Positions 23,755 to 35,500 of a stretch of DNA of 64,000 nt are shown here, piece by piece. The notes under the pieces are model-generated. The model was given only the letters and a program-made list of their open reading frames with translations. It was not told the DNA's origin and did not search any database. Every line of letters begins with the position of its first letter. The first letter of the stretch is position 1. The position numbers were made by a program, and so were the translations under genes. Source of the stretch: Carcharhinus longimanus (Eukaryota); NCBI GenBank assembly GCA_030264375.1, contig JASCQW010000043.1, positions 108,441,877-108,505,876 of the forward strand, in the 5' to 3' direction.

Positions 23755-24290
23755 ATTTTTAAAAATTCAATTATGGGGCATGGACGTCACTGACTGGCTA
23801 ACATTTATTGCCCATCCCTAGTTGCCCTTGAGAAGATGGTGGTGAGTTACTGAGTTACCTTCTTGAAATACTGCAGTCCATGTGCTGTAGGTTGACCCAC
23901 AATGCTGTTAGGGAGGGAATTCCAGGATTTTGACCCAGCAACTACAAAGGAATAACAATATATTTCCATGTCAGGATGGTGAGTGGATTGAAGGAGAACT
24001 TGCAGGTTGTGGTGTCTACTGCCCATATCCTTCTGGCTGGAAGTGGTCGTGGGATTGGAAGATGCTGTCTAAGGATCTTTGATGAATTGCTGCAGTGCAT
24101 CTTGTAGATAGTACACACTGCTGCTACTGAGCATCAATGGTGGAGGGAATGGGTGTTTGTAGATGTGGTGCCAATCAAGCAGGCTGCTTTGTCCTGGATG
24201 GTGTCAAGCTTCTTGAGTGTTGTTGGAGCTGCACCTATCCAGGCAAGTGGGGAGTATTCCATCACACTCCTGACTCATGCCTTGTAGATA
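23755..24290 (-). mobile_element. CR1-group LINE 3' end
   Basis: acatttattgcccatccctagttgcccttgagaagatggtggtgag..gggagggaattccaggattttgacccagc. Same family as 55175-55670. Confidence 0.85.
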
Positions 24291-24699
24291 GAAGACAGAT
24301 AATTACATTTGTAATAAGATATACCAAAATGATGGAAAACATATTGATGTGTGTATTGTCACAGACATTTTGAAGATCATTTTTGTCTTTTGTAATGCAC
24401 TGCATATTCCAAAGTTCTCCAAAATCTTTAAACAATGCCAAAACTATGTACAATATTTCCGATTTTTGTTTATAATTTTGCCAAATAAGGATCCAGAAAA
24501 AAGTGCCTTTGGATGTCTTTTCCTCAATTTTTTTTTTCTGGGAAGCTGAGTAAGAAAAAGAGAGCAGGAGACTACTCCATGTCCACTTCATATTATAGAT
24601 TAACACTTAAAATCAAATAATAATCAGTTCTGAACTGCGGTTGGTTGTGAATCCTTGGACATTATTTCAGCTGTTGCTATTTCTAATTGCTGCAAGGAT

Positions 24700-25750
24700 G
24701 AGGCTCACAAACAACAGTACAGCCAATTAGTACAATTGTCATGTTTCATACGAAAGGCTTTGCAAGTCAGAAAGCAATTGTAACATCTCAGCTGGGATTT
24801 AACTGATCTATTGACCTGAAGGATAATCTGCAAGATATTTTACAAGCTCCACTTGAGAGACCACCTCCAGATGAGAGGGCTGCAAAGTGCACTTCAGCAA
24901 AAGTACAGGAGCTTAAAAAGGGACCCAATGACACATGTGGTGACCTTTGCCTTCATTAGCCACAAACTTGAGGAGGATCTGCATCTAATGTCTACAGGCT
25001 AACCAATCCTCTAACATTGCCACAGATGTGCTGAGTGAAAGGATTGTGCGGGAAATAAAGGAAATAGTGTCTCAAAATTGTTGCAACTTGGCTCAGGGCA
25101 ATAGGCGTGCTATCCTCAAATTACAAGAAATGTTTGTTCTCAAAAAGTAATGATGCCTTATGTTGAAGGCGCCTTTGATGGATAGAACACAAAAAATATG
25201 CAAGCTTAGAACTCTATGAAATAAGTCAAAGTAGCTGAATGGAAAAGTTGAAAGGATTGGTGTACTCAGAGCTCAACAAATTGGAGTACTGTGGGGTAGC
25301 AACACGAAAAAAGCAAACGGAATGTTGATACATTTGACTCAACCAATTGAGTACAAGCTGTCAATGCATGCTACTATCATACAGTACTCTGGTCAGCATA
25401 GACTTGGAGTTTTATGTTGAGCTTTGGCCACTAAAATACAAGGGAGACAGGCATATTCTGCACAAAAATGCCCTGGAGTTGCCATAGCGTCAGGTGTCTG
25501 ACTGATGATGAAAGATTGGGGAAGATTCAGGTTCCTCAGGAAACCATTAGGGCTTTTTGGTATACAGTCTTGCCTAAGATGGAGAAAAAGTAAATCCAGA
25601 ACGCTGTTAGAATTTGACATCGGGAACAACAGCATGAAGCTGTTAAAGAACTAATCAACATTTTCTTCCACAGAGAATAATCAACATGTAGAATGTAGTT
25701 ACAGGCAAGATAGTGGAAACAATGTTGTGAATTGATTAATAAACAATTGA
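24700..25750 (+). mobile_element. Very degenerate CR1 RT/3' relic
   Basis: Residual motifs such as aaaaagcaaacggaatgttg, gagtacaag, agacttggagttttatgttgagctttgg. Confidence 0.45.
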
Positions 25751-25772
25751 TGCTGTGAATTTAGTGCATATA

Positions 25773-26262
25773 CAGTGCGGCCCCATTATAACGCGATGGT
25801 TGGGGTCCATTAAATGTTATCATGAAGAAATCAGGGTCCTGCTAAATTGGGGTTCAAGAAAGTCAGCGTTCAAACTGACCCAAAGTTGACCTAAAATCCT
25901 AAAGCACTCCTATTATCATCCTATTTGACCCGTTTTTTGCATGTTTACCATCTGGCAACTAAATAACCTTTTAATTAAAGAATTCCGTGAATAAATCATT
26001 GTTGTTACAGTAGAATTTAAAACACACATTAATTTTTAGTAAAGCTTTTTAATAAACAGAACAAAACAAGTTTATTTCTTAAAAAAGTGATCGAGTGTTC
26101 CTTGCTTGAACATAGCATTTCGCTGACTGCGAGCGAAATCTAGAATGCTTCTGAGTTGGAACTTTTTAGTTCCCCGGAAAGAGCAAAATAAAGGTCCAAT
26201 GATTCATTGTGTTGTATCTGAATTTGCACTAAATTGGGGCGCGTAAAATTGGGGTTTCACTG
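25773..26262. mobile_element. Tc1/mariner (pogo/Tigger-like) MITE
   Basis: TA|CAGTGCGGCCCCATTATAACGCG ... CGCGTAAAATTGGGGTTTCACTG imperfect TIRs. The right end matches 28386-28487. Confidence 0.75.
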
Positions 26263-26666
26263 TGCATACTATTCGTCATACGAAATCACTTAATCTCGTG
26301 GTATAAAATAAGTAGTTTAGCAATAATGTCAAAGTCGAAGAGGTCTTTGTACACTGTCATCTCTTGGACTTAGTGTTATAAAGTATGGATTCCAGACAAA
26401 GTTGAATAAGCCCTGTGTAATGCTGTCCTGAAGCCTTAATATTGACATTGCATTCTGGTCAACTGTGTGGAACTTCAAGCAGTTCTGTGTACAATGGTGG
26501 GTGGCTATAACTTCAGTGTGGATAGTTTGTCCATCATAAGGCACAAGGTCTACCTAGGTGCTGCAATCTGGTGCTGCATATGAATCTAGTTCCTGTAACA
26601 TTCAGCTAGACATTATACTTTGCTCCAATGTCAATCTCGACTTCAGATTTGCGTTACAGCAAATCA

Positions 26667-27320
26667 TGTTGAAGATAAGTGCCACGTTGTTTGTGGACTA
26701 AGTGGTTGCATGATGACGTGATAACATGATTACATAAGAGCCATATGTCTAGAGCTCGGGAGCATCGCTGGGAGTGTGGGTACAGCACAAATACAAAACT
26801 ACTCTTTGTTATAAGTTCTTTTTGTTTGTGATTGAGCAACCCAATGTATTTACATGATGTCAGGAGTTGTCAGTAAGACCAAATTGCAGCATCAACCCAC
26901 TCGTTCTTTGATAAAAACATTGCAGATGAGAAGGAGTGATGTATTTACTGTGGTGCTGCATTGTCTGACAAGTAAAAAATATGCAGGCTTATCCTCTACT
27001 GAACTTACTGGGCTCCAAGGCCGTTGAAGGAGGCCAGATAGAGGAGGAAAAATAGAACCCTGAAATAATCCTAAAAACAATTTGAGAATATCTGTCTTCT
27101 GGTAAAATATGCAATGCTTGACAGACATGTGTTTATTTCAACAAACCTAAGAGCAGATGAATCAATACAATCCTACATGGCAACCCTGAAAATATTGGCA
27201 AAGAATTGTATTTCTGGAACTTTCACTGATGAACTAATTAGGGATCAAATCGTTTATGGACTCACAGCAATTCAGCCTGGAAGCAGCTGCTGTGAGAGAA
27301 AGATCTAATGTAACAAACAC
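26667..27320 (+). mobile_element. Gypsy LTR retrotransposon 5' relic: LTR (26667-26854), PBS and gag fragment
   Basis: TGTTG..TTTACA is followed at once by TGATGTCAGGAGT, resembling the tRNA-Leu PBS TGGTGTCAGGAGT. ORF 27114-27308 RHVFISTNLRADESIQSYMATLKILAKNCISGTFTDELIRDQIVYGL is a Gypsy gag motif. Confidence 0.75.
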
Positions 27321-28100
27321 ATGTTCACTGATAATTGCACGTTGTCCAGTACAATTCACAACTTGACAGATATTGAAACAGTCCATGCCCAAACACTTGG
27401 ACAGCTTTCAGGAAAGCATTCAGACTTGGGCTGATAAATGGCATGTAACATTTACACCACAGAATGTCAGACAATGGCCATCTCCAATAAGAGTGAATCT
27501 AACCATCTCCCTTTGAGGTACAATGACTGAATCCCCCACTATCAACATCCTCAGGGTTACCATTGACTAGAAACTTAACTGGATTAGACATACGGATACT
27601 GTTACTCCAAGTGCAGATCAGAAGTTGGGAATTATGCAGCTAGTATCTCAGTTCCGAAATCCCCAAAGACTGTACACATTTACAAGGTACAAGTCAAGAG
27701 AGTGATGAAGCTGCACTCAGTTGCCTGATTGAGTGCAGCTTCCATCATTGGTACACAGTAGTAGCAGTGTGTACCACCTACAAGATATACTGCAGCAATT
27801 CATTAAGCTTCCTTCAACAACATCTTCTAAATCCATGCCTCCTACTAGTGAGAAGAACAAGGGTAGCAGATGCAAGGGAACATCACCTCCAAGCCATAAG
27901 CCATCCTGACGTGGAAATATATCACTTTTTCTTTAGTATCGCTGCCTCAAAATCCTGGAACTCCCTCCCTAGCATTATGGGTGTACCTACACCCCTACGG
28001 ACTGCAGCAGTTTAAGAAATTACTATCAGTCTCTCAAATGTAATCAAGGATGATCAACAGATGCAGTGACACTCATATCTCAATAACAAATAAAAAAAAT
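27320..28100 (+). mobile_element. CR1-group LINE RT C-terminus and 3' end, ending in an A-rich tail
   Basis: atgttcactgataattgcac (FADD region), ggctgataaatggcatgtaacattt, ggggttaccattgac-like segment, caaaatcctggaactccctccct, aataaaaaaaa. Confidence 0.8.
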
Positions 28101-28385
28101 TAGGAAAAATGGTCAGTTACGTCTCATAATTATTTTGAGAAAAGAAAATTTCATAAAATGTAGCTGTGATGAGGTGATAGTCATAATGAGGCGATAGTCA
28201 AGTTATTTTATCAGAATATATTGTATGCTACATCATAATACAGTCTCAATAGTTGATTCTAGCAGTGATTAGTTCAATAAAACATNNNNNNNNNNNNNNN
28301 NNNNNNNNNNNNNNNNNNNNNNNNNNNNNNNNNNNNNNNNNNNNNNNNNNNNNNNNNNNNNNNNNNNNNNNNNNNNNNNNNNNNN

Positions 28386-28487
28386 CGATGTGTTCAATGG
28401 AAAGAGCAAAAAATAGGGGTCAAATGATTGATTGCGTTATATCTGAATTCGCTCTAAATTGGGGCGTGTAAAATTGGGGTTTCACTG
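28386..28487. mobile_element. Right end of a pogo/Tigger-like element, left part lost in or before the N gap
   Basis: ctaaattggggcgtgtaaaattggggtttcactg|TA is near-identical to the right end of 25773-26262. Confidence 0.75.
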
Positions 28488-30159
28488 TATCTGTATGATG
28501 GACAAATGTGGCTCCTAACTACTCATTTTTATAGTGAGAATGTTGTAATGGTTTCTACAAATTGGCATTCATTACTTAAATTTTGTTTCAACGGTCAGAG
28601 GTTCCTTCTGTTTTATTCATTGTTTTTACTCACAGTGGAAACAGTTTGAAATANNNNNNNNNNTCCCCCAGTTCCGTTATGGTTGGCTAATGGGTGAAAT
28701 ATTGCTGCATTCTCGCCTTGGTTAATTTTTCCGCATGTAAATTTATTGAGGTAGTATCTTGTTGCATTGTAATTTAGTAATATAAATTGTCAATGAAGAA
28801 GACAAAAGCAAAAATTAATTTCATTTCTTTACATTTTTAATTTCATGATCCGAACTATAAAATCCTGCAATAAAAATGAACATCACAATCTTCCTGCGAA
28901 AAAATTCCATTTCCCTCAAAAGATATTTTTAACAACAGTATATTTCTGCACAAAGATTTCATGCAAGAATACAATAGCTTGCCCACCAAATATAACTCCC
29001 CCTAGGCCATTTTATTTCCCCAAGATATTGAATCACGGCATGGAGATGAATTAATGATTTTCTGGTAAATATCAAAGTTGACCTAGACTTACTGAAACTG
29101 CTTTTGCAGCTGGATATAAAAGATTCTTGTCAGCATATACAGATGATCCCATTTCTGAATGTGAGTGATACCTATGTCTGTGTACTCTACCAGCATGCTG
29201 AGTATTCAAGTGTATGTTAAGAAAATATCTCTCACCTGTGTAGTATTTGTATATATCCAGTAATTATTTATTTACCTGAAATGCAGTTCATTCATTGATG
29301 CACCTCCTTGGCCATGTTTGTGTGTCTCAGGGCATGAAATCACCTGGGAAACGTATTTCATGAACTCATTTTTTCCTAACAATCTTAATAGTATATTATC
29401 ATCCTTTTAACAATAGCTTTATTTGTGGAGAGATGCGTGGGCTGGAAAGTAAATTATGCATCTAATTGATTTCATTAAGATACTTTCACGGGATGGGTCT
29501 AATGGAATATGGTGCCAATGAAAACCATGAGGATACTCTGAGCGTCTCTGATCCAGTGTCACTATCCTGATGTTAGTTATGTGGTCTGTCTGACAGTTCT
29601 TTTTATTTCAAGTATTCTTGAGTAACCTGTTAGCGTTGTGTTCTTTGACTGGATGAACTCCTGAGCTATGATTTTACAGACATAACAAACACATAAGCTC
29701 AGGAAGAATTATTTTCTGTTGACTTTGGGATGCATAGGTAAAAGACATCACTCGAGTGCCTCCCTTGGTACTCTCTGATTTTGCCTACACTCACTGGAGA
29801 GGAGTCAATTGGAATACCTTGGAAAGAGCCCAAGTATGTTCTAGGAGTTGGATGCATTGATGATTTATCCATGGACCCAACTTTATTGTCCTTTGACCAA
29901 TTGTAATCAATATTTATTAAGTCAAATAGGGAGTTCAACAAGATTTTAAAGTATTGTGCTATCATTAAGAGAAGTAGACATTAACCTGTTGCTTAAACTT
30001 ATGTATCAAATAATGTTGGCAAATAAGCATTGACAGAGGAACATGTATGACAGGCAGTGCCCATGGGGCCTAATTTAGTATGTGGAAGCCTTGTCAAGTA
30101 AGACACACAGTAGAAAAAGGGCAAACTTTGCTGGAGAACAAGGACATCATTTGTAAACT

Positions 30160-31010
30160 GATGGGCCACAAAATTGGGCTCCACTGTGCTTGGTACTATG
30201 GGTGCCAATTCGGTATCTCCATGCTGTGCATGCACACTGGCATATGGCATGCTTTGGCTGCTATTTTGGTAAGAGACTTAGCACAGGCATTAGGAGCTTG
30301 CATCGGGAGTATACTGTTTCAGCAGATCATAATATCTGGAAACACACAACGCTAATTTGACTCCAGCTCTGCAATTTCTAATCTCGTTGCTACAATTTAT
30401 GTTCTCCCTTAAACAGTTGAAAATACATTGTCGTAAAATGGACCCCACCCCAGCAGTGCTATTTAAAGAGCCCATCAACTGATTGAAAGTTAGTTACTAA
30501 TTGATTTCCGCTGGCTCTCTCTGAATTTGTGGAAGTGCTGTGAACTTTTGTACTGCTGTTTAATGTTGGTGAACTTGACGGTGAATGTAGTGAGGTAGAA
30601 AAACTGTGATTCTAACTTCAACGGTCAAACCATTTATTTCCAGTCGTGAGTGCTGTCCTTGCCATAAACATAAAGTTGCAACATGAAAGGGAGACTGAGC
30701 AGAGGGTGCACGCAAGAGGACAAGGCCCTGGCAGAGAGAGCAGAAGGATGGGGCGGGGGGAGGCCCTCAACAGAGGTCTTACCCACTTAAGATCTTCAGT
30801 GAGCATTTCTCTTTGCACAAACGAAGCAAGGCACAATGAATATGTCGGCCTCCATTTTATGAAGAAGGCCCTCACTGAAACCTTCCACCTCCTTGCAGGG
30901 AGATTTGAGGCCTTAAAGCAGATCAAGGATGGCACTGCCAGTGGCTGTGGAGGCGACCATGGACATTCATTCCTTCATGTCAGGATCCTTCCAGATTTGT
31001 CAAACATGAT
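30160..31010 (+). mobile_element. PIF/Harbinger transposon relic with 5' part of transposase
   Basis: Frameshifted pieces read LHFMKKALTETFHLL..SRMALPVAVEATMDIHSFMSGSFQ, similar to Harbinger transposase (LRF.KE..TELCHLL..ALPVAVKVTVALNFYATGSFQ). Confidence 0.7.
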
Positions 31011-31019
31011 TTTTCTATT

Positions 31020-31600
31020 ATAAACGCATGGTAACTCTGCCCTGTCATATCATGACTTTTTAAGTGACCTCCTTACCAGCTCCCTAATCATCGGTTTGAA
31101 CATTTTCTCCACTGCTGATGTCAGACTAACTGTTCTATAGTACTGTTTTCAATGCCACGCCCTGCCCCACCCCCACTTTCAGGTTTGCTACCCTCCAATC
31201 TACAGGGACCATTCAAAAACTTAAGAAATTATAAAAGATCAAAACTGATGCATCTATTACCTCTGTAACTATCTCTCTTAACATGCTAAAATGCAGGCAA
31301 TCAGCCCCAAGCTATTTTATTTTGGTCTTTTGCTGCCAATAATTTCTCCAATGCTGCTTCTTTATTCATACTAATCTCTTTAACTTCCTCATTGTCACTT
31401 GCCTCACCATTATTTCCACAATGTTTTTGTGTTGTGTGTCATTAAGACTGCGATCATTAAGACTGGCACAATGTATTTGTTTAATGTCTTTGTCATTTCC
31501 TTCCCATTATAATTTATTTTGTCACTGCCTGTAAAGGATCCACATTTAGTTTAATTAATTTCTTCCTTTTACATATCTATGGAAGTGTAATAGACATTGG
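31020..31600 (-). mobile_element. Degenerate CR1 ORF2 fragment
   Basis: tttctccactgctgatgtcagactaactgttctatag (reverse of NYRxVSLTS), then ttgctaccctccaatctacagggacc. Confidence 0.65.
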
Positions 31601-31761
31601 TATATTTTTGAGCTGCAGTTGAATGCTTCCACTTAGAGGCAATGAGGGTGGGTGTGGGGAATAGATTTTGCCAATTAATTACCCTTGGAATATGGACAAA
31701 GCTGGCAAGGCTCTATTTATTGTCCATTTCTGGTTGCACTCAGAACATTAAACCTCAACCA

Positions 31762-32231
31762 CACTGGTTAGCACTGCTGCTTCACAGCATCAGGGACACA
31801 GGTTTGATTGCCAGCTTGGATCACTGACTGTACAGACTCTGCATGTTCTCCCCATGTCTGCATGGGTTTCTTCCAGGTATTTCGATTTCCTACCACAATC
31901 CAAAAGACATACTGGTTAGGTGTATTGGCTAAACTAAATTCTCCCTCAGTGTACAGGTGCCGAACAGGTGCCAGAGTATCAGAGCAGCAACCATGGAGGC
32001 CTCAAGGGCTCCCCTCCCCCACGTTCGATTGGAGCCATCATTTACTCCAACCCTGTTCCCCTGCGATCATTGTCCACTGCTCTTCTTATCCCAGCATTCA
32101 TCGATCTCTGCCCCTCAAACCCCAGGATCATTGACCCCTCCCCACCCCAACGACTAGGGGAATTTCACAGCAACTTCGTTGCAGTGTTAATGTAAGCCGA
32201 CTTGTGACACTAACGAATAAACTTTAAACTT
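31762..32231 (+). mobile_element. HE1-related V-SINE (alternative tail) interrupted at 31978-32150 by a foreign insert
   Basis: Head ggttagcactgctgcttcacagcatcagggac, V-domain, then gccagagt|insert|cgactaggggaatttcacagcaacttcgttgcagtg..aataaactttaaactt. Confidence 0.85.
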
Positions 32232-32539
32232 CTTGGGGACTCAAATGACTGATAGGTCAGATTGGGAGTGGCTAGCAAGTGCCGATACTTCAATCACATT
32301 TGCAAATCATTTGTGTTGTTGCAATAATCCAACAGCTTTCATGGGCATTTTGAAGTGATTTTCATACATTGCCATGATAGAATTGGAACTTTGAACCTTT
32401 GGATTGATAATCTGTACTGTTGCCAGAAGATTAACATATACTGCTTAGGAACAATGGTATTGTTGCAATATAAAAACATTTGAAATCTGGAGAAAAGACT
32501 ATTATGCATATCTGTTGTCAATTGTGATATGACCATAAT

Positions 32540-33345
32540 GGGTGTGAACCTAATTTACATTAATTTGCATGCAATTTAATATAATGAACCCCCTCCCCCC
32601 AGATCTTGATTTCTCAACATATCTCACATTGGCACAGTTTACAACCTGTCATGGAGGTCTCTCCTGGGTTATGAAGGTCAATGTAACCCCCTAGGGATGA
32701 GGAACATGGGTAGGCAGTACCCTGGCAATGCCCCAGAATTGCCCCTTGCACAGCTTGGCACTGCCAAGTTAACACTGTGCCCATATCAACCAGGCAGGGC
32801 CAACCTGTCAGTGCCAACTTGTCAGTTCCAACCTGTGCCAAGGGGCAGGCCTTATGAATGGGGGTGGGGGGACATACGTGTGCGGGGATTCATGTAGATG
32901 TGGTTGTGGGCTGGTTGTGGACAAATGAGCAGGCGATGCTAGTGATGGTCACTGGGGGCGGGGAGAGGCCGATTATCTCGGGGTTTGAGGGGCAAAGGTC
33001 GATGAATGCTGGGATGGGAAGAGCAGGGGCCAATGATCGCAGGGGAAGGGGATCGGAGTGAATGATGCCTCCAGTCGGGTGTGGGGAGGAGAGCCCCTTA
33101 GGCCTCCATAGTGGGGTGGGGGGACATTTATTGCTGCTCTGATCTGGGGTGACCTATAAAGATGGCACCCTCATCTCTGAGCAGAGGGGTTTTACTAGTA
33201 TGTTTCGGCCCTACATCCCCTATATGACAGCATGAATTACTCCCCCTTGATTTTTTTGACAAAGTGTCATAAGATCTGGAGAGAAACATGTCAGTTTTCT
33301 TGCCAGGAACAATAGGCTGCCATTTTTTTGGTAAGATTTAGCCCT
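32540..33345. mobile_element. GC-rich non-autonomous DNA-transposon relic, probably Harbinger-type
   Basis: GC-rich block ending ggtaagatttagccc (Harbinger-like TIR). The left end is indistinct. Confidence 0.45.
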
Positions 33346-33504
33346 CCGATCACATTTGCAGATTCATTAGTGCAAAGTTGTTTTTCACCAGTCTGCCAGC
33401 TTTAGATGCCTAAAGATAGAATTCAACTCACAGCTTTAACATTGGATTTACATGTTTACTGCCAGTGCAAAATGGGAATTTGAAATGTACATTCATGCTC
33501 AAGT

Positions 33505-33680
33505 GTTAAGAACAAAGAATAAAGAAAATTACAGCACAGGAACAGGCCCTTCGGCCTTCCAAGCCTGCACCAACCAAGCTGCCCGACTTAACTAAAACCC
33601 CCTCCCCTCTGGGGACCATGTACCTCTATTCCCATCCTATTCATGTACTTGTCAAGATGCCCCTTAAAAGTCACTACTCC
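33505..33680 (-). mobile_element. CR1-like LINE 3' end
   Basis: aagaacaaagaataaagaaaattacagcacaggaacaggcccttcggcc reversed tail. Confidence 0.8.
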
Positions 33681-34339
33681 GTGACTTTTACCAAGAAGAA
33701 GAAAATCTTCTATTTTGCAAACTTGGCTTTGCAAGCCTACTACATAGTTAATGATCTAATCCTACTCCAAACTGGCTTAGTAGGTTTAACATGAAGAGAT
33801 TCAGTCCTTCGCTCCTCTTGAATACAATCTTGGGCACTGGAGTTTATCAATACATTCAGCACAAGGCTCAGAGGTGCAAAACAATATAATCTGTACAACA
33901 GTCATGCTCAACACCAGAGACTGCAAAGAATGGAAACATTTCATGTCTCACCCTTAACTTTCCCCGCATGATACTAGGTAGTGCCCTTGTTGAATACACA
34001 ATGTACTTAACTTGTGACCTCTAGACCTTTGCAGGCAACTTTAGCAGTTGTGGGTTATGAGATCAAGCCATGTGTTGAATATTGTGCTGGTATTTAACTC
34101 ATCCAGAGAGAATATGCATTTTGAATTCATCTTTATGTCTTCTTGTGACAGATAGAGTACTTGGTCGTAGCTGATATGGATTGCTTTTATAAATCAAATT
34201 GTTGAGGAAAAAGAGCTACAAAAGTTCATTTTTGAAAGAAAAAAGCAAAAGCATTAAAAACAGAAACCAAAAAAATGCTAGGAGCCCTCAGAAGATCAAT
34301 AAAGACGAGTATACTTTGTATTTATGTACTAGTATAAGC

Positions 34340-35500
34340 ACTGAAAACTGCAAGATTCTTCAGATGCCTAACTTAGAAATAAGTTTTTGCCATGTCACGA
34401 AAGGAGGTAATACGAGGAGGTGAGCAGAAGTCAGTTGAAGAGCTGGCTTTTAAGGACGATCTTAGAGGAAAAAAATGAGGAAGATTAGTGGAGAAGTTTA
34501 GAAAGGCATTTGCCTACCAATTATGGGTCAATGGGGGAGTGATGCATGAAAGGCCAAAGAATGAGGAACAGAGAACTTGAGGGACTGCAGGGTTTGACAA
34601 GGTTGGAAGTGAATAGCTCATTGAGACATTTAAATATGAAAATGAGAACTTTTCTTTGGAGGCACTGACAGATTTGGATCAATTGTACTCAGGGGACAGA
34701 TTGATGAGTAGGGCTTCCTGCAGGATAGGGTACAGGCTGCGTAGAAATTGGGGCAGGGTGGAAGATGGTAGATCATCCAGGAAAGCATTGAAAAATCCTG
34801 TATCTGAAAGTAACAAAAGCTTTGATTTTATCCAAATTTGGTAAGAGGTTGGGATTGTCGAGAGAAGTGGTGGAAAGGTTGAGCTGGGCATCATCAATGC
34901 ATGTTTAGAACTGAACTTGTGTCTAGAAATGATTGCACCAAGGGACAGCATGTATCCTTGAAAGATGTGAGAGCTAATGGTGAAGGGATCAAAAGATAAT
35001 TAATTCAGAGATGTACTGGTTACAGACAGATACTTAAGAGTGGAACTGAGTGAGGGCAGCCCACTAATCTGGACAACAGAGCGATGTTGAAGAGTGATGG
35101 CGTTGACAGTGTCAAAGGTTGCAGAAGTCAAAATTGATCACGTACAATGGGCATCATAGAGGATTGGTTTGTTTCAATGTGTAGCAGATGCAGAAGCGAC
35201 AATGCGTATAAGGAAATGAAAGGTAATTTGCAAATTTGGTGGAAATTTGCAAGGTCTTATGGGTTGGGTATGTTTTGACTGAAAATAGAGCTGGGGAGAG
35301 ATAATAGCAGTTTTGAAAAGGAGAGCATTACTAACTGATGATTGGGAGCCATGTGCAGTGTCAGTAGGATGGGGGCAGTTGTCACCAGTCTTATGAAAGT
35401 GGAGGGTTATGATTGCTGGAGGTGAGTTTCATGAGTGACGCAAGTTTGAAGAAGCCTTGAGGATAAAGATGGGGGAAAGGCACAAGCTCAGAGTTGGAAT
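34340..35500 (-). mobile_element. Old L2-like LINE relic
   Basis: Purine-rich plus strand with gagctgggcatcatcaatgcat (reverse of the YADD region) and gttgacagtgtcaaaggttgcaga (reverse of LSAAFDTV). Confidence 0.6.

Noticed and set aside
28748-28770. TGAGGTAGTA, the first 10 nt of let-7 family miRNAs
   Set aside because: The remainder diverges from let-7 and I find no complementary 3' arm downstream to form a pre-miRNA hairpin.
30646-31023. 125-aa ORF as a domesticated HARBI1-like gene
   Set aside because: Transposase similarity is spread across several frames with stops, and the catalytic region is missing. It is a decayed transposon.
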